A stretch of 59,379 bases of DNA, filler included, from 3 parts of 3 records of this genome joined end to end with filler, not necessarily neighbours in it, one strand, 5' to 3'; positions 31,098 to 40,688 are shown, numbered from the whole stretch's first letter. The notes: generated from the sequence alone by a model not told the origin. Program-made: numbers and translations.

Positions 31098-31739
31098 ATG
31101 AAAAGCCCTCGTTCCGCCCCCAATGTGGCGGCAATCTGGCAGCAGGGCATGGCCCGTCGGCGCTTTCTGAAATGGGGCCTGCTGGGTTCCGCCGGCATCG
31201 CTGCCGTGGCTGCCGGCGGTTTTGCCTTCCTGCGTCGCTCTCCGTTGGATAACCAGCCCGCACCTGAGTGGGCCACGGGACTGTCTGCCGGGGAATACCA
31301 TCTTTTTGATCGTGCCCGCCAGGTACTGTTACCGGTGGAGGGGACTGCGCTGACCCCCAGTGACCAGGTGCCGGTGGTGCGTAATGTTCAGGCACTGCTG
31401 AACAACCTGGACCCGGCCACGCGCAAGGAAATGGGCACGGGGCTGGGCTTGTTCGACAACGCGGCGGTGCTCAGTCACGGGCGCCGTTTTGTGGATTTAT
31501 CCGATGTGGATGCACGCGCCTACTTTGATAGCTGGGGACGCGCCAGCGTGATTCAGCGCACGCTGGCCACGGTGATCAAGCAACTGACCTACAGTGCCTA
31601 TTGGCAGGAGCCAGCGACCTGGGAGCCGACGGATTTCGATGGCCCGGTGAGCGACAAGTGGAGGCTTGCCTATCTCGGTAATGCGCCGTTGCCGGCGGAT
31701 GATGCGTTGCGTGCCAACCAGCCGGAGGAGCAGGCATGA
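31098..31739 (+). CDS. Tat-signal small subunit (gluconate 2-dehydrogenase subunit 3-like) of a GMC oxidoreductase
   Basis: RRRFLK Tat motif + hydrophobic helix; RFVDL..., YW..TW..FDGP; ATGA overlap with the GMC gene. Confidence 0.75.
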   Translation: MKSPRSAPNVAAIWQQGMARRRFLKWGLLGSAGIAAVAAGGFAFLRRSPLDNQPAPEWATGLSAGEYHLFDRARQVLLPVEGTALTPSDQVPVVRNVQALLNNLDPATRKEMGTGLGLFDNAAVLSHGRRFVDLSDVDARAYFDSWGRASVIQRTLATVIKQLTYSAYWQEPATWEPTDFDGPVSDKWRLAYLGNAPLPADDALRANQPEEQA

Positions 31740-33301
31740 GTGAAACAATAGTGACAAAAACGGCGAATCCGGCCGGGTGGCAGGCGACAGGGCTCGCGGT
31801 GCATCGGGCCAGTGATGTGGTTGGCGAACGTATAGACATTCAGGCCGATGTGGTGATCGTGGGCTCCGGGGCAGGGGGCGCGGTCAGTGCCTATGAGCTG
31901 GCACGGCGCGGCTTCAAGGTCGTGGTTCTGGAAGCTGGCGCCTATGTTCCGTCAAAGGATTTCACCGAACGCTTCACTGACAGCCTGGATACCCTGTACC
32001 AGGACCATGGTGGCCAGACTAACAGCAGCGGCGATTTGCTGGTGTTGCAGGGCGCCTGTGTGGGCGGCTCAACGGTGGTTAATGGCTGCGTGTGTTTCCG
32101 TACGCCGGATTTCATCCTGCAGGACTGGCAGCGGGATTTTGGTCTTGATGAGCTGACCACCGCAGAGCTGACGCCATACTTTGATGAAGTGGAAAAAAAT
32201 CTGGCTGTTCATGAAAACGGCGAGCATGAAATTCCCCGCCACGGTCGTTTGATCCGCGCGGGCGCCAACCGCCTGGGCTGGTCGGTGAAACCGCTGCAGC
32301 GCAATATCCGCCAGTGTGGCCTCACCGGGCACTGCCTGTCTGGCTGCAAGACCGAGCGCAAACAATCCATGCTGGTGACCTATTTACCCTGGGCTGCGGC
32401 TCACGGGGCGCAGATTTATGCGGATACCCGCGTGGACAACATTCTCACCGAAAACGGTAAGGCCAGTGGTGTGGAGGCGACGGTCACGCACCGTGATGGT
32501 TCTGTTGCAGCGAGCATGACGGTAACGGCACCCCGAGTCATTATCGCGGCAGGGGCGGTGCAGACCCCGCTGCTGCTGTTGAAAAGCGGGCTGGGGAACC
32601 GGTCCGGGCAGGTGGGAAAGAACTTCGCCTGTCACCCGTCGTTATATGTTCCTGCCCGCTACCCAGAGCCGGTTTATCCCTGGCGTGGCGCCATGCTCGG
32701 TGTGTACGTGGACGAGTTCATGCACCCGGATAAGGGAGGCTTTGTGCTGGAGGACGGCGGGGCCGGCTTGGTGGAGCTGACCATGGCGGCGGAGCCGGGA
32801 ACCGGCGAACCGTTCATGGATTACATGGCCAATGCCAAGTATCTGGGGGGCCTGGTCACGCTGATCCATGATCACAATGTGGGCACCATTGAATGGGACG
32901 GTGAGCGCAAGAAGATCAACTATCAGCTCAGCGACATGGATTTTCCCTCCATGCAGCGTGCCCTGAAAGCCGCCGCTCGTTTGCATCTGGCGTCGGGTGC
33001 TGAAGAAGTCTATGTGCCGGCCAGCGATAACCGGGTGATTCGTAGTGAGGCGGATATCGATGGGATGGTCGATACGCTGGAAAATCTGCCACAGCACCTG
33101 CGTATGGTCAGTTATCACCCCCAGGGCACCTGCCGGATGGGGGCAGACCCGGGCAACAGTGTGGTTGGCAGCGATGGCCAGAGCCATGATGTCCCCGGGT
33201 TGTACGTGGCAGACGCCAGCTTGTTACCCACCTCCATCATCGTGAACCCGCAGATTACGGTGTATGCACTGGCCACCCGGATTGCCCGGAAAATGGCATA
33301 A
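31736..33301 (+). CDS. GMC family FAD oxidoreductase (copy 1)
   Basis: VVIVGSGAGG, LEAG, GACVGGSTVVN, CGLTGHCLSGC, AAGAVQTP, HPQGTCRMG, ADASLLP..VNPQ. Confidence 0.92.
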   Translation: MSETIVTKTANPAGWQATGLAVHRASDVVGERIDIQADVVIVGSGAGGAVSAYELARRGFKVVVLEAGAYVPSKDFTERFTDSLDTLYQDHGGQTNSSGDLLVLQGACVGGSTVVNGCVCFRTPDFILQDWQRDFGLDELTTAELTPYFDEVEKNLAVHENGEHEIPRHGRLIRAGANRLGWSVKPLQRNIRQCGLTGHCLSGCKTERKQSMLVTYLPWAAAHGAQIYADTRVDNILTENGKASGVEATVTHRDGSVAASMTVTAPRVIIAAGAVQTPLLLLKSGLGNRSGQVGKNFACHPSLYVPARYPEPVYPWRGAMLGVYVDEFMHPDKGGFVLEDGGAGLVELTMAAEPGTGEPFMDYMANAKYLGGLVTLIHDHNVGTIEWDGERKKINYQLSDMDFPSMQRALKAAARLHLASGAEEVYVPASDNRVIRSEADIDGMVDTLENLPQHLRMVSYHPQGTCRMGADPGNSVVGSDGQSHDVPGLYVADASLLPTSIIVNPQITVYALATRIARKMA

Positions 33302-33425
33302 AATAGCGGGCAGGGATGCCCGCAGTGCCGCCTTTCGCGATAGCGTATTTCCCCTTGATCATAATGCCCACCCCCGGTTGCGCCGGGGGCTTTGGCGTTT
33401 GTAACGGTTTGTTATAGACTCAACC

Positions 33426-33466
33426 AATAATAACGATGGCAACTACCGCTCCACCAATAACAACAA
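33426..33466 (+). promoter_or_regulatory. Two A-rich AAnAAnAA motifs (Hfq/Crc-type) in the leader of the second Tat-GMC pair
   Basis: CCAATAATAAC and CCAATAACAACAA, 40-80 nt upstream of ATG 33507. Confidence 0.5.
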
Positions 33467-33506
33467 GGGCCTGAAAGAAAACAGGCCTGCCCAGGAGAGG
33501 GTCTCA

Positions 33507-34103
33507 ATGAAGAAGAATAACCGTGCGCCGCTGCCCGGCTTTCTGGGTGGCCTGGAGCCACTGAGCCGCCGTGGGTTCCTGCGTACCAGTGTGCTGGCGG
33601 GTGCCGCCTTCACCTCCGGCTGTTCCAGTCTGTTCGGCCGCCGTGAGGCACCGGAAACCCTCGAATATCACAGCCTCAATGACGACGAAGTCGAAGTGAT
33701 CACCCGCCTGACCGAGGTGATGATCCCCGCTGATCGTTATGGGTTGCCCTCCAGTACCGATGTCGTACCCACCATAAAAAACGTGGATGCCATGGCCCAG
33801 CGAATGCCGCCGCAGACCCGCGAATTGCTGGGACTGGGGATTTGGGTGTTCAACAACCGGCCCATGGTCAGTTTCAAATTCAGCCGCTTTACCGGTTTGC
33901 CCGATGACAAGGCGTTGGCTTATGTGGATGCCATGCAGGAAGGCTCGTTCTTTGAGCGCGGGCTGATGACCACCCTGAAAGCCTTGGTGGCATTGAACTA
34001 CTGGCGTGACGAGCGTACTTGGCCAGGGCTGGAATATCATGGGCCGGTGACGGAGTTGTGGGGTGTACGACGATTGGGGAATGCCCCGTTACCACGGGCG
34101 TAA
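33507..34103 (+). CDS. Tat lipoprotein small subunit (gluconate 2-dehydrogenase subunit 3-like), paralog of 31098
   Basis: SRRGFL Tat motif, lipobox FTSG/C; shares YW..TW..GPV..W..LGNAPLP with 31098..31739. Confidence 0.78.
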   Translation: MKKNNRAPLPGFLGGLEPLSRRGFLRTSVLAGAAFTSGCSSLFGRREAPETLEYHSLNDDEVEVITRLTEVMIPADRYGLPSSTDVVPTIKNVDAMAQRMPPQTRELLGLGIWVFNNRPMVSFKFSRFTGLPDDKALAYVDAMQEGSFFERGLMTTLKALVALNYWRDERTWPGLEYHGPVTELWGVRRLGNAPLPRA

Positions 34104-34118
34104 GGGCGGAGAATAATA

Positions 34119-35717
34119 ATGGCGTTTGTACGAGTAGCCCGGGACGGGGTTCCTGTCACCCAGGCAAAAGACGTGGCACTGGATGCCAGCCTGGGTAAGC
34201 GATTCACACTGAAAACCGATGTGGTGGTGGTGGGCTCCGGAGCCGCCGGTGCCATGGTGGCCTATGAAATGGCCAAGGCCGGTCGGGATGTGCTGGTGCT
34301 GGAATCCGGGCGGTACTATCCCAGCTCGGCCTTTACCGAGCACCTTGGCGATACCATGACCAAGATTTATCAGGATCAGGTAGGCCAGGTGAATACCACT
34401 GCAGATATCATTTTTGTGCAGGGCGCCTGCGTGGGGGGATCCACGGTGATTGGTGCCTGCGTGATGGAAGAGCCGGGCGATGATGTGCTCGATGGTTGGG
34501 CTGCCAAGTACGGGCTGGATAATTTGTCTGCGGAAAAGTTTCGCCCTTATCTGGATACCGTGGCCGACCAGCTACAGATTCACATCAACGAAGCCCACGA
34601 AATCAATGCCTGTGCCCACAAGGTGATTCAGGGCTGCGAGAAAATGCAGTTCTCCTGGAAGCCTGCCCAGCGCAATGTGAAGCAGTGCGCGCTCACAGGG
34701 CATTGCCTGGCAGGGTGCCCGTCGGACCGGAAGATGAGTTCCCTGGTGACCCATCTACCCTGGGCGGCCGCGCATGGCGCACGGATTTTCTCGGATACGG
34801 AAGTGGTAAAAGTGCGCACCCGCAACGGCCGGGCTAGCGGGGTGGAAGCCCGGGTGACTGACCCGGATAGCGGCGCCCATGTGGCAGATATGCAGGTGGA
34901 TGCGGATTTGGTGGTGTTGGCGGCGGGGGCCATTCACAGCCCGCTGATCATGCAGCGCAGTGACATTGCAGATCGCAGCGGGCAACTGGGTCGTAACTTG
35001 TCCATCCAGCCGTTCACCCAGGTGATGGGGAAATTCAAGGAGCCGCTTTACGGCTTCCGTGGTGCCTTGGTCGGGGTGCAGGTGGATGAGTTTACCCGCA
35101 CGGACGGCTACACCATTTTCTCGGGACTGGCGGAGCCGGAGTCCCTCATGGCGCAAGGCGATATGAAGGCCGGTAAGGCGCATATCGATTTCATGAAGGA
35201 CTACAAGTACTACGCCGGGGTGAACGCTTTCAGCACCGATCTGGGCCGGGGGTATGTGCAGTGGGATGGCGACGCCTATACCGGCGGCAAGACCATTCAC
35301 TGGAACCCCAACCGGGAAGAATTTGAGAACATGAAGGCATCGGCGGCGCTGGCCGCACGGATCTTCTTTTCCGGTGGCGCCGAGAAAGTGTTCATGCCGA
35401 CCTTCCAGAGTCTGGAAGTGGACTCTGTATTCAGCCTGGATGAAAAACTGGCGCAAGTGGATTATGGCATCAAGGGTATGTACACCTTTCGCTCCAACAG
35501 TTTCAGTCCCCACGGTACATGCCGCATGGGCGCTGACAGCTATACATCCGTGGTGGCGCCCAATGGTGAGGTCCATGGGACTGCGGGGCTGTTCGTGGCG
35601 GATGCCAGCCTGATTCCCGAGCCCATGAGCGCGCCACCCCAGTGGACGGTGCAGGCGCTGGCCAAGTATGTCAGTGACCAGATCAATGCCAAGGCGAGCA
35701 GCTACTTCATTGGTTGA
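34119..35717 (+). CDS. GMC family FAD oxidoreductase (copy 2)
   Basis: VVVVGSGAAG, GACVGGSTVIG, CALTGHCLAGC, AAGAIHSP, GTCRMG and ADASLIP. Confidence 0.9.
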   Translation: MAFVRVARDGVPVTQAKDVALDASLGKRFTLKTDVVVVGSGAAGAMVAYEMAKAGRDVLVLESGRYYPSSAFTEHLGDTMTKIYQDQVGQVNTTADIIFVQGACVGGSTVIGACVMEEPGDDVLDGWAAKYGLDNLSAEKFRPYLDTVADQLQIHINEAHEINACAHKVIQGCEKMQFSWKPAQRNVKQCALTGHCLAGCPSDRKMSSLVTHLPWAAAHGARIFSDTEVVKVRTRNGRASGVEARVTDPDSGAHVADMQVDADLVVLAAGAIHSPLIMQRSDIADRSGQLGRNLSIQPFTQVMGKFKEPLYGFRGALVGVQVDEFTRTDGYTIFSGLAEPESLMAQGDMKAGKAHIDFMKDYKYYAGVNAFSTDLGRGYVQWDGDAYTGGKTIHWNPNREEFENMKASAALAARIFFSGGAEKVFMPTFQSLEVDSVFSLDEKLAQVDYGIKGMYTFRSNSFSPHGTCRMGADSYTSVVAPNGEVHGTAGLFVADASLIPEPMSAPPQWTVQALAKYVSDQINAKASSYFIG

Positions 35718-35741
35718 TCGGGTCCCATCATGACGACTCAG

Positions 35742-35768
35742 AACGCGCCTTCGGGCGCGTTTTTTATT
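35742..35768 (+). terminator. Rho-independent terminator
   Basis: AACGCGCC-TTCG-GGCGCGTT followed by TTTTATT. Confidence 0.88.
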
Positions 35769-35875
35769 GATAAACAGATACACTTTTGGCGTGAAATCCG
35801 TGGGGATTGGCACCTCCGCCCATGGTCAGCTGTGCTAGCATAAAATCACATTCCAAATTTCGATGGAGAGACACC

Positions 35876-37033
35876 ATGGTGGGGTTTGAATTTGCCACCA
35901 CGCACCGAGTGTTGGTGGAAGCGGGGGCCGCAACCCGTTTGCCTGAACTGTGCCAGCAGCTGGGCGCCAGCCGGGTCATGCTGGTCACCGATCCCGGTAT
36001 TCGCAGCACGCCCTTGCTGGGGCCAGTGGAAGAGAGTTTCCGCAGCGCCAATATGCCCCTGGTGATTTTCGATCAGGTCAGTGCGGACCCTGCCGATTCG
36101 GTGGTGCTGGACGCCGCCGGGCAGGCCAAGGATGCTGGCGCGGATCTGGTGATTGGTTTTGGCGGTGGCTCATCCATGGATGTGGCCAAGCTGGTTGCCT
36201 TGCTGTCGCACCCCAAGGCCAGTCAGCAGTTGTCCGATATTTACGGCGTTGGCCTGGCAACGGGGCCGCGACTGCCATTGGTGCAGGTGCCGACTACGGC
36301 GGGTACAGGCTCTGAGGTGACGCCGGTGGCAATCGTGACCACCGGTGCGACCACCAAGGCGGGTGTGGTCGCGCCGTCGTTGTTGCCGGACCTGGCTGTG
36401 CTGGACGCCGAGCTGACCTTGGGGTTGCCGCCTCATGTTACGGCCGCCACTGGCATAGATGCCATGGTGCATGCCATCGAGGCCTACACCAGTGCCCACA
36501 AGAAAAATCCTTATTCCGACATGCTGGCCCGTGAAGCGCTGCGCCTGTTGGCGGGCAATCTGGCTACGGCAGTGAAGGAGGGCAGCAATCTGCTTGCCCG
36601 GGAAGCTTGCCTGCTGGGTGCAATGATGGCGGGGCAAGCCTTTGCCAATGCCCCGGTAGCGGCGGTACACGCGCTGGCTTACCCTCTGGGAGGGCATTTT
36701 CACATCCCCCATGGCTTGAGCAATTCTTTGGTTTTGCCGGAAGTGTTGCGTTTCAATTTGCCCAAGGCAGCGCCGCTCTATGCTGAACTGGCGCCGATTC
36801 TCAGTGACCGTCCCTTTGCTGACCATGAAGATGGCGCCGGCGTGCTGATCGCTGCGCTGGAGTCGCTGATCCGTGAGGTGGGCCTGCCGGTACGCCTGCG
36901 TGATGCCGGGGTCACCGAAGACAGCCTGGAAACGCTGGCCGCGGATGCCATGCTGCAGCAACGGCTGCTGGTGAATAACCCCCGGGAAGTAACGGAGGCG
37001 GATGCCCTGAATATTTACAAGGCAGTTTATTAA
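35876..37033 (+). CDS. Iron-containing alcohol dehydrogenase
   Basis: GGGSSMDVAK, PTTAGTGSE, GIDAMVHAIE, HALAY..HIPHG and NNPR; GGAGAG RBS. Confidence 0.93.
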   Translation: MVGFEFATTHRVLVEAGAATRLPELCQQLGASRVMLVTDPGIRSTPLLGPVEESFRSANMPLVIFDQVSADPADSVVLDAAGQAKDAGADLVIGFGGGSSMDVAKLVALLSHPKASQQLSDIYGVGLATGPRLPLVQVPTTAGTGSEVTPVAIVTTGATTKAGVVAPSLLPDLAVLDAELTLGLPPHVTAATGIDAMVHAIEAYTSAHKKNPYSDMLAREALRLLAGNLATAVKEGSNLLAREACLLGAMMAGQAFANAPVAAVHALAYPLGGHFHIPHGLSNSLVLPEVLRFNLPKAAPLYAELAPILSDRPFADHEDGAGVLIAALESLIREVGLPVRLRDAGVTEDSLETLAADAMLQQRLLVNNPREVTEADALNIYKAVY

Positions 37034-37077
37034 TTAAAGAGACGCGACACGCGCTGTTACTTTCAGGGAATACACGA

Positions 37078-37512
37078 ATGAGCGATAAACCAGGCCGTCC
37101 TCAGCGTGAGGAATACGGTTACCTCTGCCCGGTGGATAGCCGCTGGAGCGATAATGATATCTACGGCCACATCAACAATGTGGTGTATTACAGCTATTTT
37201 GATTCCACCATCAACCGGTACCTGGTCGACGAAGGCGGGTTGGATATCCATGATGGCGAGCACATCGCCTATGTGGTCAGCTCCGGTTGTGACTATCTGG
37301 AAGCGGCAGCCTATCCGGAATCTTTGGTGGTGGGGATGAAGGTGGACAAGCTGGGGAACAGCTCTGTGCGCTATGGCTTGGCTCTATTCGGCAGTGAAGG
37401 CCCGGCCAAGGCCACCGGTTTTGTGGTGCATGTGTTCGTGAATCGAACAACAGGGCGACCTGTAGCCATTCCTGATGCCCTGCGTGAAGCGTTAGCACGA
37501 CTGGCGCAGTAG
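37078..37512 (+). CDS. Acyl-CoA thioesterase (4HBT/YbgC hotdog family)
   Basis: RWSDNDIYGHINNVVYYSYFD and LGNSSVRY. Confidence 0.9.
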   Translation: MSDKPGRPQREEYGYLCPVDSRWSDNDIYGHINNVVYYSYFDSTINRYLVDEGGLDIHDGEHIAYVVSSGCDYLEAAAYPESLVVGMKVDKLGNSSVRYGLALFGSEGPAKATGFVVHVFVNRTTGRPVAIPDALREALARLAQ

Positions 37513-37658
37513 AGAGTTATCGTTGTCAGAAAAGGGTGATACTCAGTAACAGCTTGCTCATCATGTAGCTACATCACAGGCTCAGGGCCTCAGGTCGACT
37601 ACGGGTTGCCCGCCAGCAGTGGCGGAAGGGTAGCAAATCCTTACGCCGGAGAGACACA

Positions 37659-37688
37659 AGGTCGAATTAGGCGTAGCCGTAAGCCGAC
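37659..37688 (+). repeat. Degenerate REP-like palindrome
   Basis: AGGTCGAATTAGGCGTAGCCGTAAGCCGAC resembles the GTCGGATTA..TAATCCGAC REP-type stem. Confidence 0.4.
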
Positions 37689-37712
37689 AACACGCTACAC
37701 GGTTAATGATAG

Positions 37713-37754
37713 AAAAAAGGCGGAAATGGAGGTGAGTCCATTTCCGCCTTTTTC
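37713..37754. terminator. Bidirectional Rho-independent terminator
   Basis: AAAAAAGGCGGAAATGGA-GGTGAG-TCCATTTCCGCCTTTTT between convergent genes. Confidence 0.88.
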
Positions 37755-37760
37755 ATGTTG

Positions 37761-37788
37761 CCTGCGGCGTGTTGCGTGCCGCGTCCTG
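37761..37788 (+). repeat. CGTGNNG heptamer tandem repeat
   Basis: CCTGCGG CGTGTTG CGTGCCG CGTCCTG. Confidence 0.45.
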
Positions 37789-37791
37789 GTT

Positions 37792-38781
37792 TTAGTTAGG
37801 GAAAAAATTCATCTTGAAATCGCCTTTCCAGGTTTCCACGTCCATGGCGCCAAAGTTCATCTTTCGGGCCACCAGCAGGATCCGCCGTTCTAGCTTGTCA
37901 TCACCCAGCTGACTGGACTTGATCTTCACGTCCAGCACGTCGCCACTGGGGGCGATAGTGAGCGCAAGTACCACGGTTCCTTGCAGGGCAGGGTTGCTGC
38001 GCATGGCCCGCTGGTACTGACTGTAGAATTTGCCTTTGTAACGGTCAAATACTCGGGAGATTTGCTCTTGGCTGCGACGACTCTTGCCATCGCTACCTTT
38101 GCGCGAGGTGCTGGCCGCTTCACCGGCCTGGGCGATCTTGCTGTCCACCTGCTTGCCACCACTGCCCACGGTGCCGGAAGACAGTGTGCCACCGCCTCCG
38201 CCGCCACTTGAGGCACGGGCTACAGCAACGCCACCGGAGCCGCTGCCGGCACGGGTGCCGATCAGGTCACGTTCGGCCTTGGCGGTGGTGCTGCCACCGG
38301 TTCGCAGGTCATTGCCGGAGTTCACAAGCGGACCGATATCATCCAGCCCGGCCAGGGAATCGCCCAGGTCTTCTTCCAGTTTGGCCTGTGCTTTTTCACG
38401 GGCCTGCTGGCGCTCCTGAGGTTCCGGTACCGGTTTGGGCTTGGGTTCGGGTTTCGGCTCAGGCTTGGGCTCCGGTTTAGGCTCCTCTTTTTTGGGTTCT
38501 TCCTTTTTCTCTTCCGGCTCGGGTTCCGGTTCGGGCTCCGGAGGTGGTGGTTCTTTTTTCTTCTCCATGACCAGTTGCGCAAGGCGCTCCGGAATTTTCT
38601 GCTGCTCACGGCGATCCGGTTTCTCGATAGTCACCGCGTTCACCATGATCATGATCAGCAAAGAGAGAATCAGTAGAACGATCACGATGCCGTATAGGCG
38701 TCGGTCTTCCCCCTCCTGTTTGTCCCAAGGCAGCGAGCCGTCGATCAGTATGCGCAGCTTGTTATTGTTTTTCTGCGTCAT
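37792..38781 (-). CDS. TonB-like energy transducer with AgmX/PglI-type C-terminal domain (GltG-like)
   Basis: Single N-terminal TM, EP/KP-rich spacer, Gly/Ser-rich linker and C-terminal RS..I..V..YQRAMRSNPALQG.V....I.PSG.V. Confidence 0.82.
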   Translation of the reverse strand: MTQKNNNKLRILIDGSLPWDKQEGEDRRLYGIVIVLLILSLLIMIMVNAVTIEKPDRREQQKIPERLAQLVMEKKKEPPPPEPEPEPEPEEKKEEPKKEEPKPEPKPEPKPEPKPKPVPEPQERQQAREKAQAKLEEDLGDSLAGLDDIGPLVNSGNDLRTGGSTTAKAERDLIGTRAGSGSGGVAVARASSGGGGGGTLSSGTVGSGGKQVDSKIAQAGEAASTSRKGSDGKSRRSQEQISRVFDRYKGKFYSQYQRAMRSNPALQGTVVLALTIAPSGDVLDVKIKSSQLGDDKLERRILLVARKMNFGAMDVETWKGDFKMNFFPN

Positions 38782-39278
38782 TCTTCCTCCTCCTCTGCGA
38801 CTTTCAGCACAGCGAAGGCGACTTGTGTGTACGGGGTTTCCATACAGCTACGCATCAACTTCTTGATCACCGAGTAGGGCACCGAGCGGTCGGCAAGAAT
38901 CATTATTTCCCGGTCTTCGTCCGGGCTGATCGCCAGCCCCTGCGAGGCACGGAAATTCAATTCTTCCACCAGCGCCGCCACGGTACGCTCTTCCTGATTT
39001 CTGACTGTTTCGGTATCAGCGATTTTTTGCCCTTCAACAATGATGTCCGTAGGGCTTACCTGAATGGTCAGCACCTCGGTGGGCAGCTCCTGGGCAATGG
39101 ATTCCGGTAACTGGATATCCTGATTGTCCGGCAGCTTCGCCGCATTGTTGTTATTCACCAGCAGAAAGATCAGCAGGATGGTGAAAATGTCCATCAGGGA
39201 TGTCAGGTTCAGTGTGGCAACAGCCTTGTGCTTGCCGTGATGTCGGGCCATGCGGCGAGCACGGGATGACTTCTTCAT
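38778..39278 (-). CDS. ExbD/TolR family protein (AglS-like)
   Basis: LNLTSLMDIFTILLIFLL TM with conserved Asp; ILADRSVPY. Confidence 0.88.
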   Translation of the reverse strand: MKKSSRARRMARHHGKHKAVATLNLTSLMDIFTILLIFLLVNNNNAAKLPDNQDIQLPESIAQELPTEVLTIQVSPTDIIVEGQKIADTETVRNQEERTVAALVEELNFRASQGLAISPDEDREIMILADRSVPYSVIKKLMRSCMETPYTQVAFAVLKVAEEEEE

Positions 39279-39805
39279 GCATCACCTCCCTGGCCGGCGC
39301 TTTGATCCTTGGGGGCTGAACCGATGCTGATGCTCGGGAACAACTCTTTCTTGATGGTTTGGCCGTTGACCTCGCTGTTGTACAGACGCACGGCGTCCAT
39401 AGTCTGGATCATCACCTCGTAGGGGGTGTCATCCTCGCACAGCAGGGTAATAGCGGTTTCCTGAGGAAACTTTTCTTTTACCTTCACAAGGTAATCGTGC
39501 AGGCCGGTGCTATTGGGCTTCTCGCCATTGCTTTTCACAATCTTGAGTACCGCACTGGTATTACGGTCGACCACTTCATAGCGGTTGCCATAAATCAGTA
39601 CTTCAAGCACCAGCTTGTCTTTTTCGTCGTCTTCCGAGGGGGTGCTGCTGTCATTCACCGCGGGCAGGTCGAGTTGCAGGATGGATACCTGCGCGAAGAC
39701 CGCGTTGATCAGCAGAAAAGGAATCAGCACTACCATCAAATTCAAAAAGGCAGTGATGTTCAGTTCCACCTCGGTGTCGTGCGAACGTCGTCTGCGAAAA
39801 CGCAT
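39275..39805 (-). CDS. ExbD/TolR family protein (AglQ-like) with Asn at the channel position
   Basis: ELNITAFLNLMVVLIPFLL TM; TPYEVMIQTMDAVR. Confidence 0.85.
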   Translation of the reverse strand: MRFRRRRSHDTEVELNITAFLNLMVVLIPFLLINAVFAQVSILQLDLPAVNDSSTPSEDDEKDKLVLEVLIYGNRYEVVDRNTSAVLKIVKSNGEKPNSTGLHDYLVKVKEKFPQETAITLLCEDDTPYEVMIQTMDAVRLYNSEVNGQTIKKELFPSISIGSAPKDQSAGQGGDA

Positions 39806-39846
39806 ACCAGATCCTTACACCAGGTTAGCGAAAACAAGAAATCGGC

Positions 39847-40539
39847 TTATTGGCCGTCGTTCTTGCGCTCTTGCTGGGCAGAAACCTGGCGGAATACGTT
39901 AACGAATTTCACCGAGGCCATTTCCATGCTGTCGACCAGTTTGCCGGTCATGGAATTGATAAAGGCGAAAGCCAACAACATGGGGATCGCAGCGATCAGG
40001 CCGAACGCGGTGGTGTTCATGGCCACAGAGATAGAGGCAGACAGCAGGTCAGCTTTCTGGGCCGGGTCTGCACTGGCTACGGCGGTAAAGGCGCTGATCA
40101 GGCCGAGAATAGTACCGAGCAGACCGAGCAGGGTGGCGATGTTCGCAAAGGTGGCGATGTAAGGCGTGCGGGTTTCCAGGCGCGGAATGATTTCCATCAG
40201 GCCTTCTTCCATGGCCAGTTCGATATCATCGTGACGCTTGGCGGATTTGGCACGTTCCAGACCGTAGCCAATCACCTTGGCCATGCCGGTGTTGCTGTTG
40301 CTGACCACATCCAGAGCCTGACGGAACTGGCCCTTGGCAATCAGTGGGTAAACGTCTTTCCAGGTTTTCTGGTTTTTTGCTTTGGTGGCCTGGAGGTAGA
40401 TGATGCGTTCCAGAGACAGGGCCAGGCCCAGTGCCAACACAATCAGAATGGGGTACATGAAGAACCCGCCATCCTGAATAAATTTGATAGAGGTCTCAAT
40501 GACACCCAGGTTTTGGGCGGCAGCGGCGGTGGTGGGCAT
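39847..40539 (-). CDS. MotA/TolQ/ExbB proton channel family protein (AglR-like)
   Basis: GGFFMYPI, ATLLGLLGTILGLI and AMNTTAFGL. Confidence 0.92.
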   Translation of the reverse strand: MPTTAAAAQNLGVIETSIKFIQDGGFFMYPILIVLALGLALSLERIIYLQATKAKNQKTWKDVYPLIAKGQFRQALDVVSNSNTGMAKVIGYGLERAKSAKRHDDIELAMEEGLMEIIPRLETRTPYIATFANIATLLGLLGTILGLISAFTAVASADPAQKADLLSASISVAMNTTAFGLIAAIPMLLAFAFINSMTGKLVDSMEMASVKFVNVFRQVSAQQERKNDGQ

Positions 40540-40688
40540 GAACTTCTCCTGCGATGTTTCTGTTTAGCGTTATTGTTGGGCGCCGCGACGTTTCGGCTGG
40601 TGTGAACGTGCTGGCGCCTTTCCCCAAAGTGTTCGTTTTTATCAGAAAAAAAGCGTGCACGCACGCTAATGCTATTTACGGTGTTGGT

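Noticed and set aside
35808-35825. TTGGCAC as a sigma-54 -24 box before the Fe-ADH gene
   Set aside because: No TTGC -12 element at the required spacing
37606-37893. 95-aa plus-strand ORF between convergent genes
   Set aside because: Runs through REP-like DNA, a terminator and the end of the TonB-like gene
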